Assembly: GCA_965140445.1 (NCBI GenBank)
Contig: OZ223236.1
Span: 3,072,001 to 3,136,000, forward strand
Direction: 5' to 3'
DNA: 64,000 nucleotides
Source of the DNA: Candidatus Ozemobacteraceae bacterium
Lineage (GTDB): Bacteria; Muiribacteriota; Ozemobacteria; Ozemobacterales; Ozemobacteraceae
This document shows positions 29,982 through 40,273 of the stretch, one piece after another (position 1 is the stretch's first letter; every line of letters starts with the position of its first letter). The notes under the pieces are model-generated. The model ran no database searches, was not told the DNA's origin, and saw only the letters and a program-made list of their open reading frames with translations. The position numbers and the translations under genes are program-made.

Positions 29982-31898
29982 ATGTCTTTAAATATTACCC
30001 AGAAAATTATTAAGAATCATCTTGTAACCGGCGAAATGAAATCAAAAAGCCCGATCAGCATCCGTATGGATCAGACTTTAACTCAGGATGCTACAGGTAC
30101 AATGGCTTATTTGCAGTTTGAAGCTCTAGGAGTTGATAGAGTAAAAACAGAATTATCTGTAAGTTATGTTGATCATAATACAACTCAGATGGATTTTAAA
30201 AATCCTGACGATCATGTTTTTCTTCAGAGTATAGCGGAAAAATATGGAATAGTTTTTTCAAGACCTGGTAATGGAATTTGTCACCAGGTTCATCTTGAAA
30301 GGTTTGGCAAGCCTGGCAAGACCTTGATTGGATCTGACAGCCACACACCTACTGGTGGTGGAGTTGGTATGTTGGCAATCGGTGCCGGTGGATTAGATGT
30401 GGCCATGTCTATGGCCGGACATGCATTTGATCTTAAGATGCCCATGGTTGTTAAGGTTAATTTAACAGGAAAACTCCAGCCTTGGGTTGCTGCAAAAGAC
30501 GTTATTTTAGAAATTTTACGCCGCGAAACTGTTAAAGGTGGAGTAGGGTGTGTTTATGAATATGCTGGACCTGGCGTAGAAACTCTTACTGTTCCAGAAA
30601 GAGCTACAATTACCAACATGGGTGCTGAATTAGGCGCTACTTCTTCTGTTTTCCCAAGTGATGCTGAAACTAAAAGATTTCTTGCTGCTCAGGATCGCGA
30701 AAATGATTGGATTGAGCTTGTTGCTGATGCAGATGCTCAATATGATAGAGTTCTCGAAATTAATCTGAGCGAAATCGAGCCTTTGGCAGCCTGTCCACAC
30801 ATGCCAGATGTGGTTAAACCCATTAGAGAACTTGAAGGTTTGGCAGTTGATCAGGTAATGATTGGAAGCTGCACAAATTCTAGCTATGTAGACATGACAA
30901 GAGCTGCAAGAATAATGAAAGGCAAACTTGTTAATACCAAAACTTCACTAGGTGTGGCTCCTGGTTCTCGTCAGGTTCTTAGAATGGCAGCCGACGAAGG
31001 ATCATTAGCTGATTTGGTTGCTTCTGGAGCAAGAATTCTTGAAAGTGCTTGTGGACCATGTATTGGAATGGGTTTTGCACCTAAAACTAATGCAGTAGCA
31101 CTTAGAACATCTAACCGAAATTTTGAAAAGCGCTCAGGAACTGCTTCTGCTCAGGTATATCTTGTTAGCCCAGAAGTCGCAGCTGTAGCTGCAATTGAAG
31201 GAAAATTTGTAGATCCAAGAAAATGGGAAAGCTTCCCAGAAGTTAAAATGCCGGAAAAATTCACCGTAGATGATTCAATGTTTATTTTCCCACCAGAAAC
31301 TGGAAATAATGTTGAAATTATTCGTGGACCTAACATTGCTGCACTTCCTCTAAAAGAAGAAATGGGTAATGAACTTGTGGGTTCAACTTTGATAAAAGTT
31401 GAAGATAACATTACAACAGATCACATTATGCCAGCTGGAAAATACCTTCCTTTAAGATCAAACGTTCCTGAATATGCTAAACATGTTTTCGAAGGTGTTG
31501 ATACTGAATTTTACAGCCGTGCTGTAGAAAAGAAGAGCGGTTTCATCGTCGGCGGTGACAACTATGGTCAGGGCAGTTCGAGAGAACATGCTGCTCTTTG
31601 CCCAATGTATCTTGGCGTTAAAGGCGTTATTGTTAAAAGCTTTGCCAGAATTCATCTTGCAAATCTTATTAACTTTGGAATCATCCCTCTTACGTTCAAA
31701 AATGCTGCAGATTATGACAAAATTGACCTTAATGATGAATTGAAGATCGATGTATCTGATCTTCAAAAGCCACTTTTCGTAGAAAACGTAACTAAGGGTG
31801 TTAAAATCCCATTAGAGCACACCTTAAGTGATGCTGACATGGAAATCCTTAGAGCAGGTGGAAGGCTTTCTTTTGCTAAGAAGCAGATGAATGCTTAA
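29982..31898 (+). CDS. Aconitate hydratase (short, about 640-aa type)
   Basis: QDATGTM, DSHT, IGSCTN, ACGPCIG, SNRNF, NYGQGSSREHA. Confidence 0.93.
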   Translation: MSLNITQKIIKNHLVTGEMKSKSPISIRMDQTLTQDATGTMAYLQFEALGVDRVKTELSVSYVDHNTTQMDFKNPDDHVFLQSIAEKYGIVFSRPGNGICHQVHLERFGKPGKTLIGSDSHTPTGGGVGMLAIGAGGLDVAMSMAGHAFDLKMPMVVKVNLTGKLQPWVAAKDVILEILRRETVKGGVGCVYEYAGPGVETLTVPERATITNMGAELGATSSVFPSDAETKRFLAAQDRENDWIELVADADAQYDRVLEINLSEIEPLAACPHMPDVVKPIRELEGLAVDQVMIGSCTNSSYVDMTRAARIMKGKLVNTKTSLGVAPGSRQVLRMAADEGSLADLVASGARILESACGPCIGMGFAPKTNAVALRTSNRNFEKRSGTASAQVYLVSPEVAAVAAIEGKFVDPRKWESFPEVKMPEKFTVDDSMFIFPPETGNNVEIIRGPNIAALPLKEEMGNELVGSTLIKVEDNITTDHIMPAGKYLPLRSNVPEYAKHVFEGVDTEFYSRAVEKKSGFIVGGDNYGQGSSREHAALCPMYLGVKGVIVKSFARIHLANLINFGIIPLTFKNAADYDKIDLNDELKIDVSDLQKPLFVENVTKGVKIPLEHTLSDADMEILRAGGRLSFAKKQMNA

Positions 31899-31911
31899 TG
31901 CTTAATTGAAA

Positions 31912-31941
31912 AAAACAAGGCGGGGCAACCCGCCTTGTTTT
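31912..31941 (+). terminator. Intrinsic terminator
   Basis: AAAACAAGGCGGG-GCAA-CCCGCCTTGTTTT. Confidence 0.85.
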
Positions 31942-31952
31942 ACTTTAGGAGA

Positions 31953-32729
31953 ATGATTTTGATCGCTAAATTCATAGATGGATTTAAACAATATGATTTT
32001 GAAACAAAAAAATGGAAGCAGATTGATTCTTTTGAGAAATTCAATTTTTCTGAAGAATTAAAAAAAGAAACCATTATTGATTTTACCGAGGAACAAAGAA
32101 AATCGCTTAGTTTGCCTTTTTTTGGAACCAAAATTCTTTGTGTTGGAAGAAATTACTGTAAGCATGCTGAGGAAATGGGTAATGAAATGCCTGTTCGTCC
32201 TTTATGGTTCACAAAGCCTTTGAGTTCCTTGTTGGCTGATGGCGGAAATATCGAAATCCCAATGGGATTTGGGCAAATTGATTATGAAGGAGAGCTTGCC
32301 CTGGTTATTAAAAAGAAATGTAGAAATGTAGATCCTTCAAAAGCAGGGGAATTTATATTTGGGATTATTCCTGCTTTAGATATAACAGCAAGGGAGCTTC
32401 AGAAAAAAGATGGACAATGGACCAGAGCTAAGGGATTTGATACTTTTTGTCCATTAGGCCCCGTAATTGCACCCTGGGATTCACGCTGGAATTCAGCTGG
32501 TATAAAAACATTGAAAAATGGAAAAATTGTTCAACAAGACAGTCTTTCATCCTTGGCTTTTGATTTTGAGACCCTAATTTCTGACATTTCAAATTGTATG
32601 ACTTTGGAAAGGGGCGATTTGATATTGACTGGAACTCCTGCCGGCGTAGGACCAATCGTTCCAGGTGACCATCTTGAAGTTCATTTAGAAGGTCCAACAA
32701 TTTTAGAGTTAAGTGCAAATTGCATCTAG
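31953..32729 (+). CDS. Fumarylacetoacetate hydrolase family protein
   Basis: CVGRNYCKHAEE, DYEGEL, WTRAKGFDTFCPLGP, LILTGTPAGVG; ATG after AGGAG. Confidence 0.92.
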   Translation: MILIAKFIDGFKQYDFETKKWKQIDSFEKFNFSEELKKETIIDFTEEQRKSLSLPFFGTKILCVGRNYCKHAEEMGNEMPVRPLWFTKPLSSLLADGGNIEIPMGFGQIDYEGELALVIKKKCRNVDPSKAGEFIFGIIPALDITARELQKKDGQWTRAKGFDTFCPLGPVIAPWDSRWNSAGIKTLKNGKIVQQDSLSSLAFDFETLISDISNCMTLERGDLILTGTPAGVGPIVPGDHLEVHLEGPTILELSANCI

Positions 32730-32798
32730 AAAAGGTTTCTAATTGACATACTGAGCTGAAATTTTATATATTGCCTTTTTCCTAAGCTGGAGGCTGAA

Positions 32799-33752
32799 AT
32801 GAAAAGTGTTTTTAAGTGTATTGCTTTATTTGGTTTGTTAATGTTTTTTCTTCCAACCCTTTTAATGGGTAAAACAGGCATTGTAAAAGGAAGTTACATA
32901 AATATCCGCAAGGAACCTAAATTTAATTCCCCACTAATCGGGAAAAAAATGCGGGGAGATCGATATACCGTAGAATTTGAAAAAAACAACTGGGTTCGTG
33001 TTGCCTTTGAAGACGGTATGACAGGCTGGCTTTATAAGACCTTGATTGAGCGACGAGAAGAAGTCATTGAAGAAGGCAAAGCTAAAGCTGAAGCTGCTGA
33101 AAAAGAGAAAAAAAATACAGGTCAGAAAAAAGCAAAAACGCCAGAGAAAAAAGAAAAAGAAGTAAAGGAAAAAACTCCTAAAAAAGCTGCAGAAAAGAAA
33201 GAAAAAGTAAAAAAAGAAATAAACAAAGCTGATGCAGCAAAAGTGGTAGAAACTTCAGGAAGCGCTGAGGAACTATATAATGAAGCAATTAAACTTTACG
33301 AAAAACGTAAATTTGCTGAAGCGCTTGATAAGAACAAGCTTGCTTTCAAAAAAGCTCCTCAAAACGCTGAAATTCTCAACAACATAGGTAATTGTCTTTT
33401 TAAAATGGGAAGAATAGAAGAAGCGCTTGATTCCTGGAAAGACGCTTTAAAGATTTCCCCCAAATCAGGTAAAATTTGCAACAACCTTGGAATCGCTTAT
33501 TATCAACTCGATCAAAACAAAAAGGCAATTGAATATTATAAAAAAGCTATTTTGTTTGAGCCACAATTCCCTGATCCTTATTACAATATTGCATCAGTTT
33601 ACGGATTCTCTGGAAAATTTGAAGATGCTATTCTTAATTACCAGAAATACCTTGAGTTTTCTCCAGATTCGACAATGAAAAAGCTGGCAGAGGAACGAAT
33701 CGACTACTGCCAGCGTCAAGTTGATAAAAAGGCTAAGACTAAGAAAAACTAA
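32799..33752 (+). CDS. Exported SH3 + TPR protein
   Basis: INIRKEP...NWVRV...TGW bacterial SH3, K/E-rich linker, TPRs. Confidence 0.85.
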   Translation: MKSVFKCIALFGLLMFFLPTLLMGKTGIVKGSYINIRKEPKFNSPLIGKKMRGDRYTVEFEKNNWVRVAFEDGMTGWLYKTLIERREEVIEEGKAKAEAAEKEKKNTGQKKAKTPEKKEKEVKEKTPKKAAEKKEKVKKEINKADAAKVVETSGSAEELYNEAIKLYEKRKFAEALDKNKLAFKKAPQNAEILNNIGNCLFKMGRIEEALDSWKDALKISPKSGKICNNLGIAYYQLDQNKKAIEYYKKAILFEPQFPDPYYNIASVYGFSGKFEDAILNYQKYLEFSPDSTMKKLAEERIDYCQRQVDKKAKTKKN

Positions 33753-35602
33753 GGAGCTTTATTTAAGTTATATAAAGAACCGGATTTGGTTTTTACCAGC
33801 AAGCCTGTTTCTGTAAGTTTTAAAGCATTTGTGGAGAGTTCACCAGCAACGTGGACTCTCCATTTTTCATGGATGCTACCTATGTGAAGACAATGAACCC
33901 ATCCATCCATTGTGCCAATATACATAAGCTTTTCATCAAAAACAGGAGTTGTTGAAAAAATACGGTTTTTGCTTTCAAAGATAGATTTAACTTCTTTTTG
34001 CTCAGGATCGATTTTAAAAACATTTTCCCTGTAAGCAACTATTCCTTTTTCGAGATCTGAAACCATAGGTATTATATTAATTCTATTGGGAATTACGGTT
34101 TCAGAAAAAATAACTTTTCCACCATCCTGTTCTACATTGTAGTATTTCCCATCATCATTAATAAAAGAAATAGTTCTTTCTCCCCAGAAAGGCTTAGAAA
34201 CCATGGTGAAGTCTTTATTAACCGCCTGGAAAATCTGTCTGCCGTCGTTGGCTGACAAAATTTTCATTTGTCCCGTCATAAAAGAAACCAGCAATTTCTC
34301 ATTTCTGTATTCAAGAAATGCTCTTTGTCCTTTTCCATTATGCTTTGGAGTGTCATGTTCATAAATCCAGGTCTGATCCCCTGTTTCTTTGGAAATACAT
34401 TTCACTCGGCCGTTGTAACAACTGAAAAATAAGCTGCTTTCATTTTCTGCAAACAAAGAAGATTCTAGATAAGTTTCCGGAAATAGTCGGTTAGCTCTAA
34501 TCTTTACATCAATTGATTTAAGCCAGATTTCTTTCCCGGTTTTTAAATCATGTAAAGCCACATAACCGTAGTCATAGAAAACCAGGAACTGATCTCCTTT
34601 TTTTAAATATTCTATTTTTAAAGGAATATTACTAAAAGAAGACTTTTTATCTTCAGGAATTTCAAGATCGGGAAAAACTGATGGGAAGTTAACTTCCCAG
34701 AGTTTTGCTCCTAGATCCGAAGCGTAGCCTTTTAAACCGGTATTGTTACTAAGAATTGGAACTTCGGAATCCTGCCAGCCATATTGAATAAAAGACTGTC
34801 CTTCAGATCGTTTTTTCTTAATAGTTCCTGTTTTAAAATCAATTACTTTGGTAAATTTATCATTTGAGATACTAACCATCTTCTTAGAATAAATTGTGGC
34901 AGAAGGCGTTAGAGCCAGGTATTTTTCCATTGGTGAGTAAGTTTGATAAACCTTCCAATAAACCTTTTCGGCAGTTCTTTCTGACGCATTTGAATAAAAA
35001 TGAAAACCCAATTGAACTCCAAGAATTAGAGCTATAGCTCCGAGAAAACCGGCCCATTTGCCATCTCCCCATTCTCTGCCAAAAAAAGCTTCAAAAAAAG
35101 ACTTTGTTAAAAGAGAAAAGAAAAATTGAATTACTATTGATAAAAAGAAAATTCCACTTGTAATACCTGACATTAAAAGTGGGTAAGGAACATCCTTTCG
35201 GCTCCAGGCAGCTTTTAAAATTGAGGAAAAGCTCTGAAAGTTTTCTATCATAGGAGTATAGAAATCGCCAAACCAGGCGGTAAAAATTCCAGAAACAAAA
35301 AACACTGCTATGAGAGAAGAATAGGTTATTGATCTCATCAACATTTGTAAGAACAGGAATAAAATTCCAATAGCAGCTAAAAAGATATAAGTGGAAAAAC
35401 TTGCAAATGGAAAAGTTGAAAAAGTTCCGAAGCTTTTTCCAAGATAGTAAAGTTGAATACTTATTATCAAAGCAAGCGGCATCATTAAGAAAAAGTTTTT
35501 TAATGTTTCAACCAGACGGTTTGGTTTGACCTTTTCTTTTTTTGTTTCACCCTTAATTAGGGATGTTACAGGGTTAGAGTTTGCAATTGGGACTTCGTCC
35601 AT
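33749..35602 (-). CDS. Membrane protein with PQQ/BamB-like beta-propeller
   Basis: Five to six N-terminal TM helices; repeats such as DLKTGKEIW, SKETGDQTW, YIGTMDGWVHCL. Confidence 0.75.
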   Translation of the reverse strand: MDEVPIANSNPVTSLIKGETKKEKVKPNRLVETLKNFFLMMPLALIISIQLYYLGKSFGTFSTFPFASFSTYIFLAAIGILFLFLQMLMRSITYSSLIAVFFVSGIFTAWFGDFYTPMIENFQSFSSILKAAWSRKDVPYPLLMSGITSGIFFLSIVIQFFFSLLTKSFFEAFFGREWGDGKWAGFLGAIALILGVQLGFHFYSNASERTAEKVYWKVYQTYSPMEKYLALTPSATIYSKKMVSISNDKFTKVIDFKTGTIKKKRSEGQSFIQYGWQDSEVPILSNNTGLKGYASDLGAKLWEVNFPSVFPDLEIPEDKKSSFSNIPLKIEYLKKGDQFLVFYDYGYVALHDLKTGKEIWLKSIDVKIRANRLFPETYLESSLFAENESSLFFSCYNGRVKCISKETGDQTWIYEHDTPKHNGKGQRAFLEYRNEKLLVSFMTGQMKILSANDGRQIFQAVNKDFTMVSKPFWGERTISFINDDGKYYNVEQDGGKVIFSETVIPNRINIIPMVSDLEKGIVAYRENVFKIDPEQKEVKSIFESKNRIFSTTPVFDEKLMYIGTMDGWVHCLHIGSIHEKWRVHVAGELSTNALKLTETGLLVKTKSGSLYNLNKAP

Positions 35603-35710
35603 TTTTTATCTCCTGTAAGCGATCTAGGATATAGAACAATTTTTTCCACTATCGACCATCTTCTAAAGTTGTGTAATGAACAATAAAAAAAAATGTTTCA
35701 AAGTCTTTCC

Positions 35711-35739
35711 TTGACACGTATTTAAACTGGAAATAGAAT
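35711..35739 (+). promoter_or_regulatory. sigma70-type promoter
   Basis: TTGACA-17 nt-TAGAAT; GAAGGAGG RBS before TTG 35797. Confidence 0.7.
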
Positions 35740-35796
35740 GTAAAATGTTATATCAGTGACTTCCTCGAATTGAGAGGTATTTGAAGGAGGCTTCCA

Positions 35797-37782
35797 TTGC
35801 CATCAATGGTCCATCACCTTTTCTTTATGCTAGCTAACGAGAAAGATTCGGAGCTAGAAGCATGCGAGTATTTAGACGTATTTGCGAAAAAATGTGGTTT
35901 TCAGGCTGATACTGTCGATGAAATGCGTTTGGCTTTTATTGAAGCATTGATTAATGCTAAAGAACACGCGCCAAAGGAAATGCCTGAGGCAGAAAAAGCA
36001 TTAATTCACGTTGCTTTAACGTTTGAAAATGAGCTCTTAAAAATTCAAATCAGGGATTTTGGTCGAGGTTTTGATCCAACAGTTGTTGAAAAACCAGACA
36101 TTAGAAAAAAATTGAAATCCTCTCACAAACGTGGGTGGGGATTAATGCTAATGGAAAGACTTATGGATGGTGCAGAAATTAGTTCGTTCCCGCCATCTGG
36201 AACTTTAATTCAACTTATCAAGAAAAGAGTTGTTACAACTAATGAACCACCTGCTGAAATTGATGCAGCACGAGAGCATAAACGCCTGGAAAGGCTAAAA
36301 TATATTCTTGGAAGCTTTATTGATCTAAGCTCTTTCCTTTGTCAGAGCAAAGATTTGAAAGCCGGACTTAGATCTATGCTGCGCATTCTGCTTGGAACAC
36401 TTGGAGTTTCAAGAGGTGCTATCTACACGTTCGAAGACAGTAACGAAAATCTTGATTGTCTTGTGGATATCAAACTTAAGGCAAATACAAGGCTTCCAAA
36501 TGCCAGAATTGCACCGGACGTTTTTAACAAGCTGGCTTCTATTGATGATGGTGAAGTAACTGAAATTATCAAAAATGAAATTCCGGCCTTTAAAGAAACC
36601 TTTAAAGAAAAAGAAATAGAACAGGTTTATCTGCTTAGAACAGATAATCAGAACCTTGGTCTATTGATTCTTGGAAATAGGTTCCGCAAAGATGAAGAAG
36701 AGATTTTGGATAAAGATCTTCTTTCTACTCTCTCAAGAAATATTTCCTCTGCAATTCATACTTTCCGACTTATGCATGATTTAAAAAGTGCTAACGAAAA
36801 GCTTGATGGCAGGATAAAGGAATTGGATGCGGTCAGAGAAGCAAGTCAAACCATTTCCTCTGAACTTGAAATTGAAAATTTACCTTCAACCGTTGAGGGG
36901 ATTTTCAAAAGCATCATGAATATCCAAAAATTCTCTATGGCTATTTTTGATCCTACAGAAAATCGCTACATTGTTTGTCAGAATGATAGAAATCTGCCTT
37001 CGAACCTTGATTTGTGGTCCTCAGCCATATCTCAGCATGTTGTGCAAAAAATGGAAGCTATTTATGTCCCTGACATTAAATGTGAACAGCGATTTAATTT
37101 TACCAGATCAAAAAATTATAGCTCAGAATCTTTCATGGTAATTCCTGTTATTGTACAGGATGAAGTTCTTGGATTAGTTAATCTAACAGATAAGGACGGA
37201 AACGGAACCTTAACTGAAAGAGATTTTGAACTTGCAAAACTTCTTTGTAGCCAACTTGGTATTGCTCTTAAGAATGCTAACCTTTACAAAAGAGGCATTA
37301 CTGATGGACTAACCAGATTGTACACCAACCACTACTTTAAAATGAGACTTGCTCAGGAAATCTCAAGAGTAAGAAGAGTAAAATCATCTCTTTCTATAAT
37401 TATGGTTGGAATTGATAATATAAATGACTTGCTGGAAAGAAATGGCTCTGGATTCAGAGATCAGGTTCTTGTTAAAGCTGGGGCGACAATCAAGAAAGTA
37501 ATACGCTTTAACGATCTTCCTTGCAGGTTTGAAGGCGAAAAGTTTTCGATTATTCTCCCTGACACAGGGGTCTCCGGCGCTGAAACTGCAGCAAATAAAA
37601 TACTTGAAAGCTTCAGAAGCCTCGTAATTAAAAATAAAGATGTGGAAGAAAAGGTTTTAGTGAGTGTTTCCGTTTCTTTGTTTGAAGTTAACATGAATAT
37701 TGGCCAGCTTGTAGAAAAGGCTGAAAGACTACTGAAAACTGCAAAAGAAAAGGGTGGAGACCAGGTCATTATTGAGAATTAA
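35797..37782 (+). CDS. RsbW-like HATPase + two GAF + degenerate GGDEF signalling protein
   Basis: EALINAKEH, DFGRGFDP, RGWGLMLM; GAF motifs; DGLT...RFNDLPCRFEGEKF. Confidence 0.85.
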   Translation: MPSMVHHLFFMLANEKDSELEACEYLDVFAKKCGFQADTVDEMRLAFIEALINAKEHAPKEMPEAEKALIHVALTFENELLKIQIRDFGRGFDPTVVEKPDIRKKLKSSHKRGWGLMLMERLMDGAEISSFPPSGTLIQLIKKRVVTTNEPPAEIDAAREHKRLERLKYILGSFIDLSSFLCQSKDLKAGLRSMLRILLGTLGVSRGAIYTFEDSNENLDCLVDIKLKANTRLPNARIAPDVFNKLASIDDGEVTEIIKNEIPAFKETFKEKEIEQVYLLRTDNQNLGLLILGNRFRKDEEEILDKDLLSTLSRNISSAIHTFRLMHDLKSANEKLDGRIKELDAVREASQTISSELEIENLPSTVEGIFKSIMNIQKFSMAIFDPTENRYIVCQNDRNLPSNLDLWSSAISQHVVQKMEAIYVPDIKCEQRFNFTRSKNYSSESFMVIPVIVQDEVLGLVNLTDKDGNGTLTERDFELAKLLCSQLGIALKNANLYKRGITDGLTRLYTNHYFKMRLAQEISRVRRVKSSLSIIMVGIDNINDLLERNGSGFRDQVLVKAGATIKKVIRFNDLPCRFEGEKFSIILPDTGVSGAETAANKILESFRSLVIKNKDVEEKVLVSVSVSLFEVNMNIGQLVEKAERLLKTAKEKGGDQVIIEN

Positions 37783-37793
37783 CTTAGCTAATT

Positions 37794-37838
37794 AAAAAAA
37801 ATCAGCGCTTTCAAAAATTGAAAGCGCTGATTTTTTTT
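37794..37838. terminator. Bidirectional intrinsic terminator
   Basis: A8-TCAGCGCTTTCAA-AAA-TTGAAAGCGCTGA-T8 between convergent genes. Confidence 0.88.
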
Positions 37839-37885
37839 TGCCTTATTTGGGAGTTAAAAAACAGGAATTAGTATTTAATCCTGGA

Positions 37886-39211
37886 TCAATAATTTTGTGC
37901 CGGTGGCGGGTTGTCAATTCTGTTAATGGCAGCAGATATAGAGGGCAAACCGAAGCCATTTTCATAATCTGGACCCATTTGACCAATATCAAGACTGGTA
38001 GCTTTTATGGCATTTAAGATTAGCTCAATATGCATTTCTGGATATCTTTGCTTGAGCAAGGTTATAACTCCTGCAAAATGAACTGCAGCCTGAATTGTAC
38101 CGCTTCCGTATCTATATTCATCTACCATCGTTGGGCCAAGAACCGCCAGGCCAGGCTCCATAAAATCTGGTTTCAAAATCTTTTGATTTTCAAAAATTGC
38201 TGGTCCAATCCCTGAAAAGTATGCTCTGCTTTTCCAGCGATCAATTGCTCCTATTGTGACAACATAGGGGAGTGCCGCCATTCCTCTTATTCTACTGGGG
38301 TTGTTGCCAGCAGGTACAATTGGTAAAATTCCTACATTTCTAATTGCTGCTAAAGCTCTTTGAAAAGCAATAGGGCACGTTCCATTAAAATCCAGCATGA
38401 AAACAATTGCTGTAGGGGCTGAGCCATGTTCAGGGCTAAGTATCCACTCAAGTGATTTCATTAGAGATATGTTTTTATCTGAATCCTTATCAATTAGTGC
38501 AAGGGTAATGCTTGCTAATGGAGCAATTCCAGTAAAACTCTTGGATTCAGAACCGGCCAAAATACCAAGAGGATGAGTTAGGTAAAGATCAGATCTTTTG
38601 CTAACAAGTGAAACTACCTCAGTTGATTCTGTGGCTACAGATGAAAATTCCTTTACTGTAAGAAGAGTTTTCTTGAGGCAGACATGATCAAGAGTATTCT
38701 TAAAAGCTACGACTCCTATTCGGGTTCCCTGGCCTTTTAAGTCATACAGGTTTTGTAATAAAAAAGACCCGGATAATTCGTGGTTCCATAAGATTTTTTG
38801 TGGTTCTGTATTTTCTGTTGGACTTGCAAGTATAGAAGGTATTCTCTGAAGATTACTATCGGAGCTGCTGATCAAAAATTCAGGAAAATCCTGCTCCAAT
38901 TTTAATGAAAAATCCCTTTCTAATTCAAGAAAAAGACCGCCTGCTAACCAGGAGGAGTAGTTTGCAATGCTGTTGAATGAATTTAGTTCTGATAAATATG
39001 CGCTTCCTATTTCTTTAAGCGATTCAAGGTCGGAAGTAGTAGGCTTGGTGTTTTCAAAAATTCCTGTCTTTATTAAAGCTTTTTGACCAGCCTCAGAGAA
39101 AGAAAGAAACCGGGAATCACAGATTCCCGGTGTATAAGCGATTGAGAAGATTAAAATGTAAGACAGTATCTTAAGGGCAGAAATTGCTTTTTTGATACTG
39201 CTATTGTTCAA
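37886..39211 (-). CDS. Secreted subtilisin (S8)-fold protein lacking the catalytic triad
   Basis: GQGTRIGVVA, YLTHPLGILAG, GIAPLA, PAGN, KPDFMEPG, SGTIQAAVHFAG. Confidence 0.8.
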   Translation of the reverse strand: MNNSSIKKAISALKILSYILIFSIAYTPGICDSRFLSFSEAGQKALIKTGIFENTKPTTSDLESLKEIGSAYLSELNSFNSIANYSSWLAGGLFLELERDFSLKLEQDFPEFLISSSDSNLQRIPSILASPTENTEPQKILWNHELSGSFLLQNLYDLKGQGTRIGVVAFKNTLDHVCLKKTLLTVKEFSSVATESTEVVSLVSKRSDLYLTHPLGILAGSESKSFTGIAPLASITLALIDKDSDKNISLMKSLEWILSPEHGSAPTAIVFMLDFNGTCPIAFQRALAAIRNVGILPIVPAGNNPSRIRGMAALPYVVTIGAIDRWKSRAYFSGIGPAIFENQKILKPDFMEPGLAVLGPTMVDEYRYGSGTIQAAVHFAGVITLLKQRYPEMHIELILNAIKATSLDIGQMGPDYENGFGLPSISAAINRIDNPPPAQNY

Positions 39212-39228
39212 TTAAAGCTCCTTGAGAA

Positions 39229-40116
39229 TTAACCCTGAATTCCAGTAACTACTTCTTCGCCAGTAGGTTCATGAAGGATTTCATAAGTTTCGCCAGTTTT
39301 TTCCCATTCTCCGCTGTTTGACCAGCCTGAGCTTTTTGATCTGAGGAGTTCAAACCAAATTTTGTTAATTTCAAATTTTCTGTTAGTTTTTGTTGTAATT
39401 GCATTAACTCTCTGGAAAGTTACGTTAAAGCAAATCATTGGCTGTCCACCAACATTCATTTGGAACTGTTCTGAAACTTTAAGATTTTTGATTAATCCGC
39501 CAGTAAGCCAGCCTTTTAATATGTTAAGAACATCAATTGAAACTGTAAGGTTTACATTCCATGTGGTAGAGATAGAATGCTCTTCCTGCTGCCATGTAAC
39601 GCCTTTGTATTCGCGTTTTGTTTCGCGACCTTTGCGATATTTGTATCCAGGTTCGGTGTAACCATAACCAGGGAAATATTCACGAAATTTTTCTTCGCTA
39701 AGTATTTCTTTGAAATCCTGGCTAATTTCAACTTTCATGTAACCAAGAGCTGGATAAACAGCAGGGCGAACGCTTACTTCAAGACTTTTGTAAATTTCGC
39801 TTAGAAGTTCTATTTCTCCAAGCTGCTTTTTCTTGAGTGATTCAAGGATTCTTTTGCCAATGACAACACTCTTTTTTGAGTGATTTTCCATGGCTTTTAC
39901 CCAGTTGCTTTCATTTTCTGGGGTTTCATTGTTGATGTAAACATCATAAAGATCCTGAATTTCCCAATAATTAGAAATTACTCTAAAAATTTTGCATTGA
40001 AATTCGAAAAGATTATCGTCAGGTGTTAACCCGTCGAAAGCCTGCACTTGAGCGCAGATCAACATTAAAAAGATAAATACGATTGACTTAAATTTCATTT
40101 CTCTATACTCCTCCAT
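39229..40116 (-). CDS. Secreted hypothetical protein
   Basis: Signal peptide ending VQA; upstream TTGCAG-17-TATACT on minus strand (40180-40152). Confidence 0.65.
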   Translation of the reverse strand: MEEYREMKFKSIVFIFLMLICAQVQAFDGLTPDDNLFEFQCKIFRVISNYWEIQDLYDVYINNETPENESNWVKAMENHSKKSVVIGKRILESLKKKQLGEIELLSEIYKSLEVSVRPAVYPALGYMKVEISQDFKEILSEEKFREYFPGYGYTEPGYKYRKGRETKREYKGVTWQQEEHSISTTWNVNLTVSIDVLNILKGWLTGGLIKNLKVSEQFQMNVGGQPMICFNVTFQRVNAITTKTNRKFEINKIWFELLRSKSSGWSNSGEWEKTGETYEILHEPTGEEVVTGIQG

Positions 40117-40273
40117 CGCTTATTGTTCTTATTAGAGTTCGTTCTGAAAAAAGTATAACAAGCATATCGGAATCCTGCAATAGAAGCGGGAGTGACAAGT
40201 TTTTAATGACATAAAGGGCTTTAAAGAGCCAAGGAATAGCAAAATTAGATAAAAACGTTACAAAAAATATGCG

